Assembly: GCA_000004695.1 (NCBI GenBank)
Contig: CM000153.2
Location: 4,640,001 to 4,704,000 of the forward strand
Reading direction: 5' to 3'
Source of the DNA: Dictyostelium discoideum
Taxonomy: Eukaryota
DNA: 64,000 bases
Notes under the pieces: generated by a model
Told to the model about the DNA's origin: nothing
What the model saw: the letters and a program-made list of their open reading frames with translations, nothing else
Database searches by the model: none
Made by a program: the position numbers and the translations under genes
Shown: positions 11,768-24,419 of the stretch, piece by piece
Layout: the number at the start of each line of letters is the position of its first letter
Numbering within the stretch: the stretch's first letter is position 1

Positions 11768-12761
11768 ATGGAATTAATTGAAGAGATTATTAATTTAGAT
11801 GAAGCAATTCAAGGTGAAACTAGAACAGAAATTATTTATACAAAATCACAAACACCATCAAATATAAAAATAATTGTAATTGCAGGTAATCCAGGTATTG
11901 AAAGTTTTTACCAAGAATTTGTAAAAGTTTTAAATTTATCATTTAATTCAAAATATGATATATATGGTGGTAAGTTGTATACAAAAATTTTATTTTATTA
12001 TTATTATTATTATTAATATTTTTATTAATATTTTTATTTATTTTTTAGTTGGACATATCGGACATTGTGGTAAAATTGAAAATAAAACATTTTCAGTTGA
12101 AGAACAAATTAAACATAAAGAATTATTTTTAGAATATTTATTAAAGAATAAGTATGGTGATAAGGATAGAAAAGATATAAAATTTATATTAATTGGTCAT
12201 TCAGTTGGAAGTTATATAAGTTTAAAAGTTGTGTCAAGGTTTAGTGAAAAGTTTGAATTCTTATCAGTGGTTAATCTATTCCCAACTTTTAAAAACCTTT
12301 ATGACGGCTTATCACCATTCATTAAAATGGTAGTCATGCGAGAATCTACACGTAATGGTTTATCAACATTCTTGCATTACATCCCATCCATTGTAGTTTC
12401 CAACGTATTGAAATGGATACTACCGTCGGACGAATCCCGAATAGCGGTCCAAAGTAAGATAAACTATTACTCAGCTTTGAATATCCTCTATATGGCATAC
12501 ACCGAAACTGAAGACATCAAAGAAATCGATGACGAATGTCACTCGGTTTTTAATTCACGTTTAAATCAATTACTTTTCATTTATGGTCAAACTGATAGTT
12601 ATACACCAAAATCATTCTATGATGAAATGAAACAGTTGTATCCAGCTGGAAATATCGAATATTCATCCTCTTATGTTCCACATGCTTTTGTATTACATCA
12701 TTCTCAAGAAGTTGCTTTAAGAGTTTCTGAATGGTTATCTTTAAACATTTTAAAAAATTAA
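11768..12761 (+). CDS. Alpha/beta-hydrolase, lipid-droplet-associated hydrolase (LDAH/UPF0554)-like. Two exons: 11768..11969 and 12049..12761.
   Basis: Exon 1 ends ...KYDIYG at the GTAAGT donor (11970). The acceptor ttttttag ends at 12048 and phase 1 is continuous. Exon 2 carries the GHSVG nucleophile elbow (GxSxG) and a C-terminal His region. Confidence 0.65.
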
Positions 12762-13099
12762 TTTTAAAATAAAAATAAAAATGAAAAAAAAAAAAACAGA
12801 TCAAAATTAAAAAAATAAAAATAAAAATAAAAAATTAAATTTTATTTTTTATTTTTTTTTTTTATTTTTATTTTTTTTTTTTTTAATAATTTAATTTTCT
12901 TTTAAAATTTTTTTCTCAATTTATTTTTTGTTTTTTTTTTTTTTTTTTAAATTATCAAGTTTTCAATTTTTTAATTTATTTTTCTATAATATTTCTCTTT
13001 GTATAATACAATTTATATCTTTTTTTAATTGTATTATATTACTATTGTAAAAAAAAAAAAAAAAAAATAAAACAACAGAAATAAAACAAAAGAAATAAA

Positions 13100-15469
13100 A
13101 TGGATCAGTTGGCAGAATTAAGAAAACAAAGACATTTGGAATATTTACAAAAAAAAGAGAAAGAAGATGCAGAAAGATTAGAGCTTGAAAGAATTCAAAT
13201 AGAAAATGCTGAAGCTTTAAGATTATTAAATCCAAATAATGAAAATCTTGAAGATGAAATTACTGCAACCACCACCACCACTACCACCACTACCACAATG
13301 ACAAATAATGATATAGAATTTAATGAAGAAGAAGAAGAAGAAGAAAATGAAGAAGAAGAGGTAGAAGAGGAAGAGGTAGAAGAAGAAGAAGAAGAAGAAA
13401 ATGATATAGAAGAAGAAGAACCAAATTTTAATGGTCCACCATTACCTCAACCACCTGTTTATCAACCAATTTTCAAACCCCATGCAACAAATCATCATTA
13501 TGGTCATTATAATAATAATAATCAACCATATTTCCCACCAGTATTTAATCCAAATCTATTTGGTGGAGGTGGTCATCATGGTCCAAATCATAATATATTC
13601 AATCATGGTGGAATTCATAATAATGCAGGACCAGGTTATTTATTAAACTCTGATAATAATAATAACAATAATAATTATAATAATCCATTTACATTATCAA
13701 ATAATAATAATAATAATAATAGTCCACCACAATCAACTGAACCAACAACAAAAGAAGAGAAAAGATCAGCATTTTTAAATTCAATTGAGAGTAGATATAA
13801 TAAATCACCAGAATTAGTATCAGTGAATAATGAAATTGATAAACAAAAACGAAAAATAATTCATAGAATACCAAAAGATTATTCAGTAAAGAAATTGGTT
13901 GATCTATGTTTAGCAAAGATGTCAATTGATTTAACATTATTTCAATCTCAATTAAAGTTAATGTCTGGTGAATTAATTCAAAGATTAATTGAATTGATGG
14001 TATCATCTAATCGTTTAACTAGAAAGAAAATGGACCAAATCGTTGCAAGTGGTGCTCGTATCTACTCATTGGACCTTAGTCATCAATTTGCAGTTGTAAA
14101 TAATGATTTCCTTTTAAATTGTTTCAAATACATGGCTGAATTATCAAATGTTTATTTTAGAAATTGTGAAAATCTAAATGATATTGGTTTACAAATTTTC
14201 CGTCAACCAAATTTTGAAAAAAATTTAAAAACTTTAGATTTAAGAGATAATCGTATTACTGATGTTGGTATTAGAAATTTAAAAGGTAAAAATATTTTTA
14301 ATTATTTTATATATTTTTATAAAAATAAAATAAATACTAATTTATTTATTTATTTATTTATTTTTTTATTTATTTATCTAAATAGGTTTATTAAATTTAG
14401 AAGAATTATATTTAGGATCAACAGGATGTACAGATATAGGTTTAGCATTATTATGTAATTTATTAAAATTAAAAACATTAGATGTATCAAAATGTAATAT
14501 CACAGATTCTTCAATGGATATTATTTGTAGATTTACAGAACTTAAATTCTTATATCTATCTGGTACTCAAGTAACTGATAAAGGTATAAATACAATTTCA
14601 AAGTTACCAAACTTAATTCAACTTTATGTTTCAAATTGTTTAAGAATTACAAATCAATCTTTATTCTTTTTAGCATGTAAATATATCTATATAAATTTAT
14701 TTTATTAATTATTGTTGGTTGGTTGTTTATTTTTATTTAAAACTTTAACAATATTAATAATCTATTTTTTATCATAGATTTAGGTAAAACATTAAAATTA
14801 TTAGACATTTTTCAAACAAAGATTGGATTAAATGGATTTATTCAATTAAGAATGTTTAAACAATTACAATTTTTAGTATTACCAGGTAGAGATTCGATTA
14901 ATGATGCAACAATTGGTCATTTAAATTCATTAAGTAATTTAAGAAAATTGGATTTATCAGATTATCGTAATATCTCTGATTTATCACCATTGACAAATTT
15001 ACAAAGTTTAACAGAATTGTTACTATCAAATACAAAGATTTCTGATAATTCAATTATAAATTCAATAAAGACAATGGATTCATTGGAAGTGTTATCATTA
15101 AATAAAACTGAAGTTACAACTGAAGGTGTCTCTCAATTAGTAAATTTAAATTTAACATCACTTTCATTATCATCAACTAAAATAGATGGAAAATCATTAT
15201 ATTATTTAGGTCAAATGAAATCATTACAAAAGTTGGATATCTCTTTTAATGACATCACAGATAATAGTATGGATTATTTGAAACCAATCGCCGATACTTT
15301 GTCTCATATTGATCTTAGAGGTACTGATACTTTTCGTTCTCTCCATATGTTTAATGAAAAAATTGTAAGACCCCCTGTAAAAAATATCATAAAATCACCA
15401 AATAATAATGAAGAAGATGGTGATAATAATGATGATGATGATGATGATGAAAATGAACCACTTTGGTAA
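13100..15469 (+). CDS. Leucine-rich-repeat (RNI/FBXL-like cysteine-containing LRR) protein with N-terminal coiled-coil, poly-Thr and acidic (E-rich) regions. Three exons: 13100..14285, 14386..14676 and 14778..15469.
   Basis: Intron 1 runs from GTAAAA at 14286 to aaatag at 14385. Intron 2 runs from GTAAAT at 14677 to atcatag at 14777. Phase is 1 at both junctions and joins ORFs 13100.., 14514.. and 14852.. into consecutive LRRs (LKTLDLRDNRITDVGIRNLKG|LLNLEELYLGSTGCTDIGL...LACKY|LGKTLKLLDIF...). Confidence 0.7.
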
Positions 15470-15552
15470 TAATGAAATTAATAATAATAATAATAAACAC
15501 ATAATAATTTATAAAAATAATAATTAATAAAATAAAATATTTAAAATATATG

Positions 15553-16260
15553 TTATATTATTATTAACAATAATATTATTGTTAATAATAATAATAATAA
15601 ATTTAATTTATTAATTTTTTTAAAAAATAATGATGGCGGTGATGATATTGATGTTGATAAACTATTAAATTGAAAATGCCTAATTTCTTTTAAAATTATT
15701 GAATTTGATTTAAATGATTTTATATTTCTATTATCACATGCTTTACAATTTTCATTACATGATTTAAAATAAATTATATCACCCTCTTCTGAACAATAAT
15801 ATTTTTTATTACCTTCAAGACAAGTATTATTTGAAAATGATTCAACTGTTGTAACTTCTTTTGATAATTTTATAACATAATTACATAATCCATCCAATAG
15901 TATTGGGGAGGTTGTATTTGAAATATTTATAATTACTGATGAATTATCATCATATTTAATACACTTATTTAAGTCATAGAATATTATTGGATTGTAATTA
16001 TCGCAATGGGAATCTTGACTAATGAATATGTTGGGTGAGTATCCTAATCTTTCTATTTCACCTTTATTTATATCACCAACTTTCATATATAACCCATCCT
16101 TTTGACATGGTGTTATGGTTTTTATAAATGTTGCATTACCTTTACATTCGAAATTATTATTTTCATATACAAAAAATGAAATCTTATATCCATTTATTTT
16201 TATAACAAATATTAATAATAATAATATAATATTATATATAAAATTTATTTTAATCATCAT
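15553..16260 (-). CDS. Secreted Cys-rich protein with a C-terminal hydrophobic (GPI-like) tail. It is a paralog of the gene at 30086-30910.
   Basis: A 235-aa ORF with a signal peptide, conserved Cys pattern (CKG...C..C...CNENCKAC) and a hydrophobic C-terminus. Alignable to the 30086-30910 protein. Confidence 0.6.
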   Translation of the reverse strand: MMIKINFIYNIILLLLIFVIKINGYKISFFVYENNNFECKGNATFIKTITPCQKDGLYMKVGDINKGEIERLGYSPNIFISQDSHCDNYNPIIFYDLNKCIKYDDNSSVIINISNTTSPILLDGLCNYVIKLSKEVTTVESFSNNTCLEGNKKYYCSEEGDIIYFKSCNENCKACDNRNIKSFKSNSIILKEIRHFQFNSLSTSISSPPSLFFKKINKLNLLLLLLTIILLLIII

Positions 16261-17115
16261 TCATTAATTAAAAATTGACAATAAATAATTAATATTAAAA
16301 ATAAAAATAAAAATAAAAATAAAAACAAAAAATAAAAATAAAAATAAAAATAAAAATTATATTTGAAAAAAAAAATAAATAAATAAATTAAATAAATTAA
16401 ATAAATAAAAATAAAAAAAAAAAAAAAAAAAAAAAAGTGTATGTGTGTGTCTATTTTAAAAAATTATTTTTATCACTCTGTAAAAATATTTTTAATTCAT
16501 TCCAAAACTCATAATTAACAAAAGATAAAAAATTTAGATATGTATATAAAAATAAAATTTATTATTTAAATAATAGATTTCAATTTATTGGCAAAATAAC
16601 CTCTTTTTTTTTTATATTAAATAAAAAAAAAAAAAAAAAAAAGAGTATTTATATTAGGTTGTGATGGTAATAAATCAAAAAAACTTATTACTACATAAAA
16701 ATTATTAAATTTTATTTTTTAATTGAAAAATTGTTCTTTTTTTTTTTTTTTTTTATTTTTTATTTTTTTTTTTTTTTCCCCAATACTTAATTTAATCTAA
16801 ATTGGTGAATTTAAAAATAAAAATAAAAATTAAAAAAAATTAAAAAAAACACCTCACTCATTTTTTTGGGTGTGGAAATGAGATTTAATCTTATTATTTT
16901 TAATTTTTTTTTATTTAAAAAAATTAAATTTGGGAAAATAAAAAAAAATTAAGCACATTAATATTTTTTTTTTTTTTTTTTTTTATTCTTATTTTATTTT
17001 TATCCTTTTTGAACACTAAATTATTATTTTTTTTATATATATCAAACACACACTTCACACACAAACACAAACACCATTTTAAAACATAACATTTCTTTTT
17101 TCCTCTCACCACGCA

Positions 17116-17529
17116 ATGTTTTCTCCCAGGGATAGTTTCAATTTCTTTGATGACCCAACTTTTGGTATTAACCTCCAACCTCTCACAACGACGTATGTTG
17201 AAGTGGAAGATTTGGAAAATGATATCAAAAGATTATCAAGTCTGTTCTATGAAGAGACTGTTCATCTTAGTTATAAATTACCCAATTCTTTAAAGAAGTC
17301 TCGAAATTTCTTACAACCATACCTTAATATTAAACCTATTAAACATTCAAGACAAAACTATACACAATTAACAAACTATATAGACCAATCAAAAGACTTA
17401 GTTCAAGAGTGTAAGTCTTGTTTTAGTGATAATGTTGGTGTCAATGATATATTAAGGGATATACTGCGTGATATGGATAGGTTAAAGGTACATTATTGTT
17501 CAGATGGTGGTATATTTTCATCTTTATAG
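17116..17529 (+). CDS. Small uncharacterised protein (137 aa), copy 1 of a five-member tandem family. Its GC content is atypically high for the locus.
   Basis: Intact ORF MFSPRDSFNFFDDPTFGINLQPLTTTYVEVEDLENDIKR...KVHYCSDGGIFSSL. It is preceded by a CA-rich element (17044-17075) and is 90-95% identical to copy 2. Confidence 0.6.
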   Translation: MFSPRDSFNFFDDPTFGINLQPLTTTYVEVEDLENDIKRLSSLFYEETVHLSYKLPNSLKKSRNFLQPYLNIKPIKHSRQNYTQLTNYIDQSKDLVQECKSCFSDNVGVNDILRDILRDMDRLKVHYCSDGGIFSSL

Positions 17530-17850
17530 TTAATACTATAAAAATGGATTTATGCAATCATATTTTAATTTTTACTATTTATATATTCTTTATTTCATTC
17601 TTTTTTTTTTTTCTCTTTCTCTTTTATTTTTGTTTTTTTTCTTTTGTGTAACAAAAATACAAACTTCCAAAACTAAAAAAAAGTAAAAAAACAAAATCAA
17701 ACAAAATCAAACAAAATCAAACAAATAATTTAAAAATCAAATACAAAATCAAAAACAAAGGTAACAGAAAAAATGAAAAAAAAAACAAAATGAAATAAAA
17801 AATATATAAATAATAAAAAAAAAGTTTATCAAACAATACAAATTAAAAAT

Positions 17851-17914
17851 ATCCTTCCTTCTAATCAACTTTCAATGTATGAATATACATTGAAGGTTGA
17901 TTAGAAGGGAGGAT
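17851..17914. repeat. Near-perfect inverted repeat (hairpin) with about 30-bp arms and a 4-nt loop. It is followed by a short second palindrome (aatgtatcggatacatt) and a conserved 200-bp block C.
   Basis: Left arm atccttccttctaatcaactttcaatgtat against reverse complement of the right arm atcctcccttctaatcaaccttcaatgtat gives 28/30 matches. The same element recurs at 20296-20360, 27512-27575, and (degenerate) at 22620 and 25378-25458. Confidence 0.8.
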
Positions 17915-18459
17915 ATTCAAATCAAATCCCAATGTATCGGATACATTCCTTAGTTAGAATGAAGGGTTTTCTGTTTAGTTTAAAAGAAAAGTGAAATTCT
18001 GTTGCAATATCGATATCTGGTGTCTTAGAGTCAAACTATTTTCTCAATGGCATTCCAATCAATTTCCAAAATACATTCCAGTTTTTCAATCAAAGAAATT
18101 CTATAAATAAACCATTTTAATCCTCTTAAAAAATATTGTTTTGATTTTTTTTTTTTTTTTTTTGATTTTTTTTTTTTTTTAGTTAAATTACTCCTATTAT
18201 TTAAAAAATATTTTTTAACTTCCTTTTATCATTTTTAAAATAATAATTATACCAAAATGTATTTTTCATTTTATAATAGTGAAAATAAAAAATCATTATT
18301 GATGGAATATATTTTAAAAAATGAAAGGACAAAACTAATCCATTTTTTTTTTTTTTTTTTAAGAATATTGGTTTTTTTTTTTTTTTTTTAATCTTATTCA
18401 TAATAAATAGAATAAAATAATAAATACTAATATCTTTTTTTTTTAATTATATCTTTATA

Positions 18460-18718
18460 TTTTTTAAAATTAAATGGTGAACTAATAACATTGCAAATCA
18501 AGGCAAATGCAAATAATGTATATGAAAGTGGTGATCAATGTGGTAATTCAACATTTACTTCATTTAATTACAATAATAATAATGTTAAAACATTTATTAC
18601 AATGTCACCTCATCCTGGTAATGTAGTTGAATTTTATAAATATTATACAAATTTTAAAATTAATGGAATTAATTTCAACAATTTCACAAAATGTAAATTA
18701 AATAAAAAAATTAAATAA
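18460..18718 (+). pseudogene. Decayed 5' fragment of the beta-helix surface-protein gene (array unit 1).
   Basis: Similar to 28530-28930 (GELITLQINANGNNVY.SGDQCGNSTFT ... KTFIT.SP..GNVVE.YK...FKINGINFNNF) with an internal deletion. Confidence 0.6.
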
Positions 18719-18740
18719 AATAATAATAATAATATAATAA

Positions 18741-18827
18741 AATAAAATTAAATAAAATAAAATAAAATAAAATAAAATAAAATAAAATAAAATAAAATAA
18801 AATAAAATAAAATAAAATAAAATAATA
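18741..18827. repeat. (AAATAA)n microsatellite.
   Basis: Visible hexanucleotide run after the unit-1 surface-gene fragment. Confidence 0.9.
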
Positions 18828-19531
18828 CAATTGTAACTTCTTTTGATAATTTTATAGCATAAATTAAAATTAAAATAATTCTTGAAAAAAAAAAAATTAA
18901 ATAAATATATAAATAAATAAATAAAAATAAAATTGAAAATAAAAAGTGTATCTGTGTCTATTATAAAAATTAATTTTATCAATCTGTAAAAATATTTTTA
19001 ATCAATTTTAAAACTCATAATTAACAACAGATAAAAAATTAAGATATGCATATATATAAAAAAAAAATTATTATTATTATTAAATAAAAGATAACAAATT
19101 AACCTTCTATTTATTACTATATAAAATTTTTTATTTTACATGAATAATTGGTTTTTTTTTTTTTTTTTTTTATTTTTTTTTTTTTTTGTTTAATATCAAG
19201 ATTGGTGAATTTAAAAATAAAAATAAAAATTTAAAAAAAATTAAAAAAAAACACCTCACTCATTTTTTTGGGTATGGAAATGAGATTTAATCTTATTATT
19301 TTTTTTAATTATTTTTTATTTTTATTTAAAAAAATTAAATTTGGGAAAAAAAAAAAAATTAAGCACCACATTAAGGGTTTTTTTTTTTTTTTTTTTTTAA
19401 TTCTTTTTTTATTTTTATCCTTTTTGAACACTAAATTAAATTAATTATTATTTTTATATATATATATATATATATCCAACACACACACCATTTTTAAAAA
19501 ATAACATTTCTTTTTTCCTCTCCACCACGCA

Positions 19532-19945
19532 ATGTTTTCTCCCAGGGATAGTTTCAATTTCTTTGATGACCCAACTTTTGGTATTAACCTCCAACCTCTC
19601 ACAACGACGTATGTTGAAGTGGAAGATTTGGAAAATGATATCAAAAGATTATCAAGTCTGTTCTATGAAGAGACTGTTCATCTTAGTTATAAATTACCCA
19701 ATTCTTTAAAGAAGTCTCGAAATTTCTTACAACCATACCTTAATATTAAACCTATTAAACATTCAAGACAAAACTATACACAATTAACAAACTCTATTGA
19801 CTATGCAAAAGTCTTTGTTCAAGAGTGTACGGCATGTTTTGATGATAATGTTGGTGTCAATAATTTATTAAGGGATATACTGCGTGGTATGGATAGTTTA
19901 AAGGTGCATTATTGTTCAGATGGTGGTATATTTTCATCTTTATAG
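19532..19945 (+). CDS. Small uncharacterised protein (137 aa), family copy 2.
   Basis: Intact paralogous ORF. The upstream (TA)n and CA-rich element (19476-19490) are conserved. Confidence 0.6.
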   Translation: MFSPRDSFNFFDDPTFGINLQPLTTTYVEVEDLENDIKRLSSLFYEETVHLSYKLPNSLKKSRNFLQPYLNIKPIKHSRQNYTQLTNSIDYAKVFVQECTACFDDNVGVNNLLRDILRGMDSLKVHYCSDGGIFSSL

Positions 19946-20592
19946 TTAACACTATAAAAATGGATTTATGCAATCATATTTTAATTTTTACTATTTATAT
20001 ATTCTTTATTTCATTCTTTTTTTTTTTTTCTCTCTTTTATTTTTGTTTTTTTTTGTTTTTTTTTCTTTTGTATATAACAAAAATACAAACTTCCAAAACT
20101 AAAAAAAAGTAAAAAAACAAAATCAAACAAAATCAAACAAAATCAAACAAAATCAAACAAAAAATTTAAAAATCAAATACAAAATCAAAAACAAAGGTAA
20201 CAGAAAAATTGAAAAAAAAAAAAAAAAAAAAAAAAAAATGAAATAAAAATATATAAATAATAAAAAAAAGTTTATCAAACAAAACAAATTAAAAATATCC
20301 TTCCTTCTAATCAACTTTCAATGTATGAATATACATTGAAGGTTGATTAGAAGGGAGGATATTCAAATCAAATCCCAATGTATCGGATACATTCCTTAGT
20401 TAGAATGAAGGGTTTTCTGTTTAGTTTAAAAGAAAAGTGAAATTCTGTTGCAATATCGATATCTGGTGTCTTAGAGTCAAACTATTTTCTCAATGGCATT
20501 CCAATCAATTTCCAAAATGCATTCTAGTTTTTCAATCAAAGAAATTCTATAAATAAACCATTTTAATCCTCTTAAAAAATATTGTTTTGATT

Positions 20593-20635
<43 letters not shown>

Positions 20636-20924
20636 TTCAATTACTCCTATTATTAAAAAAATATTTTTTAACTTCCTTTTATCAATTTTAAAATAATAAT
20701 TATACCAAAATGCATTTTTCATTTTATATAAGTGAAAATAAATAATCATTATTCATGGATTATATTTTAAAAAATGAAAGGACAAAACTAATCCATTTTT
20801 TTTTTTATTTTTTAAAATTTTGTTTTTTTTTTTTTCATCTTATTCATAATAAATAGAATAAAATAATAAATACTAATATCTTTTTTTTTTTTTTTTTTTA
20901 ATTTTAGCTTTAAATTTTTTAAAA

Positions 20925-21382
20925 TTAAATGGTGAACTAATAACATTGCAAATCAATGCAAATGGAAATAATGTATATGAAAGTGGTGATCAATGTGGTA
21001 ATTCAACATTTACTTATAATTCAATAAATGCAATTTCTTATTTTGAAACAATTAAAGTATATAATCAAACCTCAAAAATTTAAATTTATCCACATTGAAA
21101 TTACTTTAGATGACTCTTTATAAAATTGGTAATCCATTAATACTTTTTCAAAATAAAATTGAAATTTCGCCTTTAAATCAAAAATCTAAAAATGTAATCA
21201 TTGATGATTCTTCAATTAATAACAATAATAATAATAATAATACTAAAACATTTATTACAATGTCACCTCCTCCTGGTAATGTAGTTGAATCTTATAAATC
21301 ATATACAATTTTTAAAATTAATGGAATTAATTTCAACAATTTAACATTTACAATTGTAACTTTTGATAATTTTATAGCATAA
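20925..21382 (+). pseudogene. Decayed 5' fragment of the beta-helix surface-protein gene (array unit 2).
   Basis: Collinear with 28520-29000. There are in-frame TAA stops (for example ATT TAA ATT at about 21080). Confidence 0.6.
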
Positions 21383-22032
21383 ATTAAAATAAAAATAATA
21401 TTTGAAAAAAAAAATTAAATAAATATATAAATAAATAAATAAAAATAAAAATAAAAATAAAAAAAAAAGTGTATGTGTGTCTATTTTAAAAAATTATTTT
21501 TATCGCTCTATAAAAATATTTTTAATTCATTCCAACTCATAATTAACAACAGATAAAAAATTAAGATATGTATATATATAAAAAAAAAAATTATTATTTT
21601 TATTTAAATAATAGATAACAAATTAACCTCATTTTTATTACTATATAACAGTAAAAAATAATATTAACACTTTTTTTTTAAAAAAAAAAAAAAAAAAAAA
21701 ATAATAAAAAAAAAAACTGATCACTTAATTTTAGGTGAAAAAAAAAAATAAAAAATAAAAAAAAATAAAAAAAAAATATATATTTTGTTAAGGAATTTAC
21801 AAACAACAAAAAAAATTAATTTTTTTTTTTTTTTCTATTTTTTTTTTTATTTTTTTTATTTTTTTTATATTCACCTAAAATTTTTTTTTTTTTCTCATTT
21901 TTTTTTTTTTTTTTTTTTTTTTATAACACTATAATTAAATTAATAATAATAAAATAATAAAATAATTTAATTGTTTTTTTATATATCAAAAACACATATA
22001 TAATATTTTAAAACTCAAACTTTTCTACTACA

Positions 22033-22341
22033 ATGTCTTCTCAAGAAGGTGACCTTCCCCCTCTCAGCGATTACCCAGATGCAACTAAAGTGGATGAATT
22101 ATGGTGTAAAATCATTGCCCAATCAACTACTCCCCTTGAAATAACCAATTTATTGAACCAGTTTTCCCATTTCTTAAAGCCATGCCAAGTTAACTCACTT
22201 TCAAAGAACCCACAAACGAAAAAATTACTAGAACATTTAGAAAAGTGTAGGGGCCCATGTAATAATGATAATACCAACAATTTATTAAGCGATATGATAC
22301 AGAATGTCCAAAATTTAATTATATTATTAATGATCCCATAA
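22033..22341 (+). CDS. Divergent small-protein family member (102 aa), copy 3.
   Basis: It occupies the same slot in unit 3. It has weak but collinear similarity (CRGPCNNDNTNNLLSDMIQNVQNL versus CKSCFSDNVGVNDILRDILRDMDRL) and the same downstream flank (tatagttaactactataaa...). Confidence 0.4.
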   Translation: MSSQEGDLPPLSDYPDATKVDELWCKIIAQSTTPLEITNLLNQFSHFLKPCQVNSLSKNPQTKKLLEHLEKCRGPCNNDNTNNLLSDMIQNVQNLIILLMIP

Positions 22342-22949
22342 AGCAATAATAATTATATCATGTAATGGTATATTTTCAACTTTATAGTTAACTACTATAA
22401 ATATGGATTTATGCAATCACTATAGTTTAATTTTTATTATTTAAATTTTATTTATATAATATTTATTTCATTCTTTTTTCTTTGTTAACAAAAATACAAA
22501 CATCCCACACAATACAAAATCAAAAACAAAGATAAAAGAAAAACAAAAAAAATGAAATAAATAATATATAAATAATAAAAAATTAAATAATAAAAGTCAA
22601 ACAAATTAAAAATATGCTTTGATACATTCGTTTGTTACAAGGAGGGATTTTCTGTTAAATTTCGTTGCAATATCTGGTACCTTAGAGTCAAACTATTTTC
22701 TTGGTGTCATTCTAGTCAATTACCTAAATGTTTCCTGTTTCAATCAAAGAAATTCTCTAAATAAATTTAAAAACCTTACAAAAACTTTTTTTTTTTTTTT
22801 TTTTTTTTTATTTTATTTTATTTTTTTTTTTAATTTTAATTATCCATAATAATCAATCAAAACATTAAAAAAAAAAAAATAAAAAAAAATAAAATGATAA
22901 CATGTATATATATATTTTTTTAATTTTAACTTTTTATTTTTTAAAATTA

Positions 22950-23198
22950 AATGGTGAACTAATAACATTGCAAATCAATGCAAATGGAAATAATGTATAT
23001 AAAAGTGGTGATCAAAGTGGTAATTCAGCATTTAAATGTAATTCAATAAATGATGCAATTTCTTATTTTGAAACAATTAAAGTATATAATCAATCATTGA
23101 TGGCACCGATTAATAACAATAATAATACTATTAAAATATTTATAACAATATCACCTCTCCTCCTCTTGGTAATATGGTTGAATAAAAATAAAAAATAA
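22950..23198 (+). pseudogene. Decayed 5' fragment of the beta-helix surface-protein gene (array unit 3).
   Basis: ORF 22902..23198 retains the signal peptide and GELITLQINANGNNVYKSGDQSGNSAFKCNSINDAISYFETIKVYNQS. It then skips about 50 codons present in the full gene. Confidence 0.55.
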
Positions 23199-23745
23199 AA
23201 AGTGGTTGTGTATCAATCTTAAAATTTTATTTTATCACTCTGTAAAAATATTTTTAATTCATTCCAAAAATCATAATTAACCACAGATAAAAAAAATATA
23301 TTGTTTAAATAATAGATATTTTATTACCAATTAACCTCACTTATTTTGCTATATAAAAAGTGTTGATTTATATTATTACTTTAAAAAAAAAAAATAATAA
23401 CATTGGGATTTAATTTTATTTTTTACTCCAAAAAATTATCATTATTTTTTTTTTTTTTTTTTTTATAATATTAAATTAAAAAAAATAAATAAAATTAAAA
23501 AAACATGTTCTCTTATTTTTTTGGGTTAAAATGAAAATGAGATTTAATTTAATTATTTTTTTTTTCCACTCCCAAAATTTTTTAATTTTTTTTTATTTTT
23601 TTCATTTTTAAATTTTTTTTTTTTAGACACCATTTTTTTTTTTTTTCATTCCTTTTTTTATTTTCATCCATTTTGCACTATAATTATTATAATTATTTTT
23701 AAACACACACACTATTTTAAACATTTCTTTCCTTTCTTCCACGCA

Positions 23746-24138
23746 ATGTTTTCTACCTGGAATTTCTTTGATGACCCTCCTGGTATTAACCTCGAACCTC
23801 TCACAGCGACCTACGTCGAAGTGGAAGGGATAGAGAATGATATCAAGAGAGGATCGAGTCAATTCTATGAAGATACTGTTCATCTTTGTTTTAAATTACC
23901 CAGGTTTTTAAAGAAATCTCGCAATTTCTTACAGCCGTACCTTGATATTAAACATTCGAGACTAAACTATACACAATTAACAAACTCTATAGACTATTCA
24001 AAAGTCTTTGTTGAAGAGTGTATAGCATGTTTTGGTGATAATGTTGGGGTCAATAATTTATTAAAGAATATTCTGCGTGATATGGATAGGCTAAAGGTAC
24101 ATTATTGTTCAGATGGTGGTATATTTTCATCTTTATAG
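23746..24138 (+). CDS. Small uncharacterised protein (130 aa), family copy 4.
   Basis: Paralogous ORF (MFSTWNFFDDPPGINLEPLTATYVEVEGIENDIKR...KVHYCSDGGIFSSL) with a short N-terminal deletion relative to copies 1 and 2. Confidence 0.55.
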   Translation: MFSTWNFFDDPPGINLEPLTATYVEVEGIENDIKRGSSQFYEDTVHLCFKLPRFLKKSRNFLQPYLDIKHSRLNYTQLTNSIDYSKVFVEECIACFGDNVGVNNLLKNILRDMDRLKVHYCSDGGIFSSL

Positions 24139-24228
24139 TTAAAACTATAAAAATGGGTTTATACAATCATAGTTTAATTTTTATTCTTTATTATTACTAT
24201 TTCATTCTCTTTTTTTTACTTTCACCTT

Positions 24229-24285
<57 letters not shown>

Positions 24286-24419
24286 TTACAAAATACAAAC
24301 ATCACACACAACAAAAAATAACAAAAAACCAAAACAAAATCAAACAAAATCAAACAAAATCAAATATGAAGGGTAAAAGAAAAAATGAAAAAAAAAAAAA
24401 ATAATCAAAAAAGTCAAAC

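Noticed and set aside
13431-14006. ORFs 13431-13646 (+) and 13689-14006 (-).
   Set aside because: They lie inside the N/Q-rich part of the LRR gene in other frames or strands.
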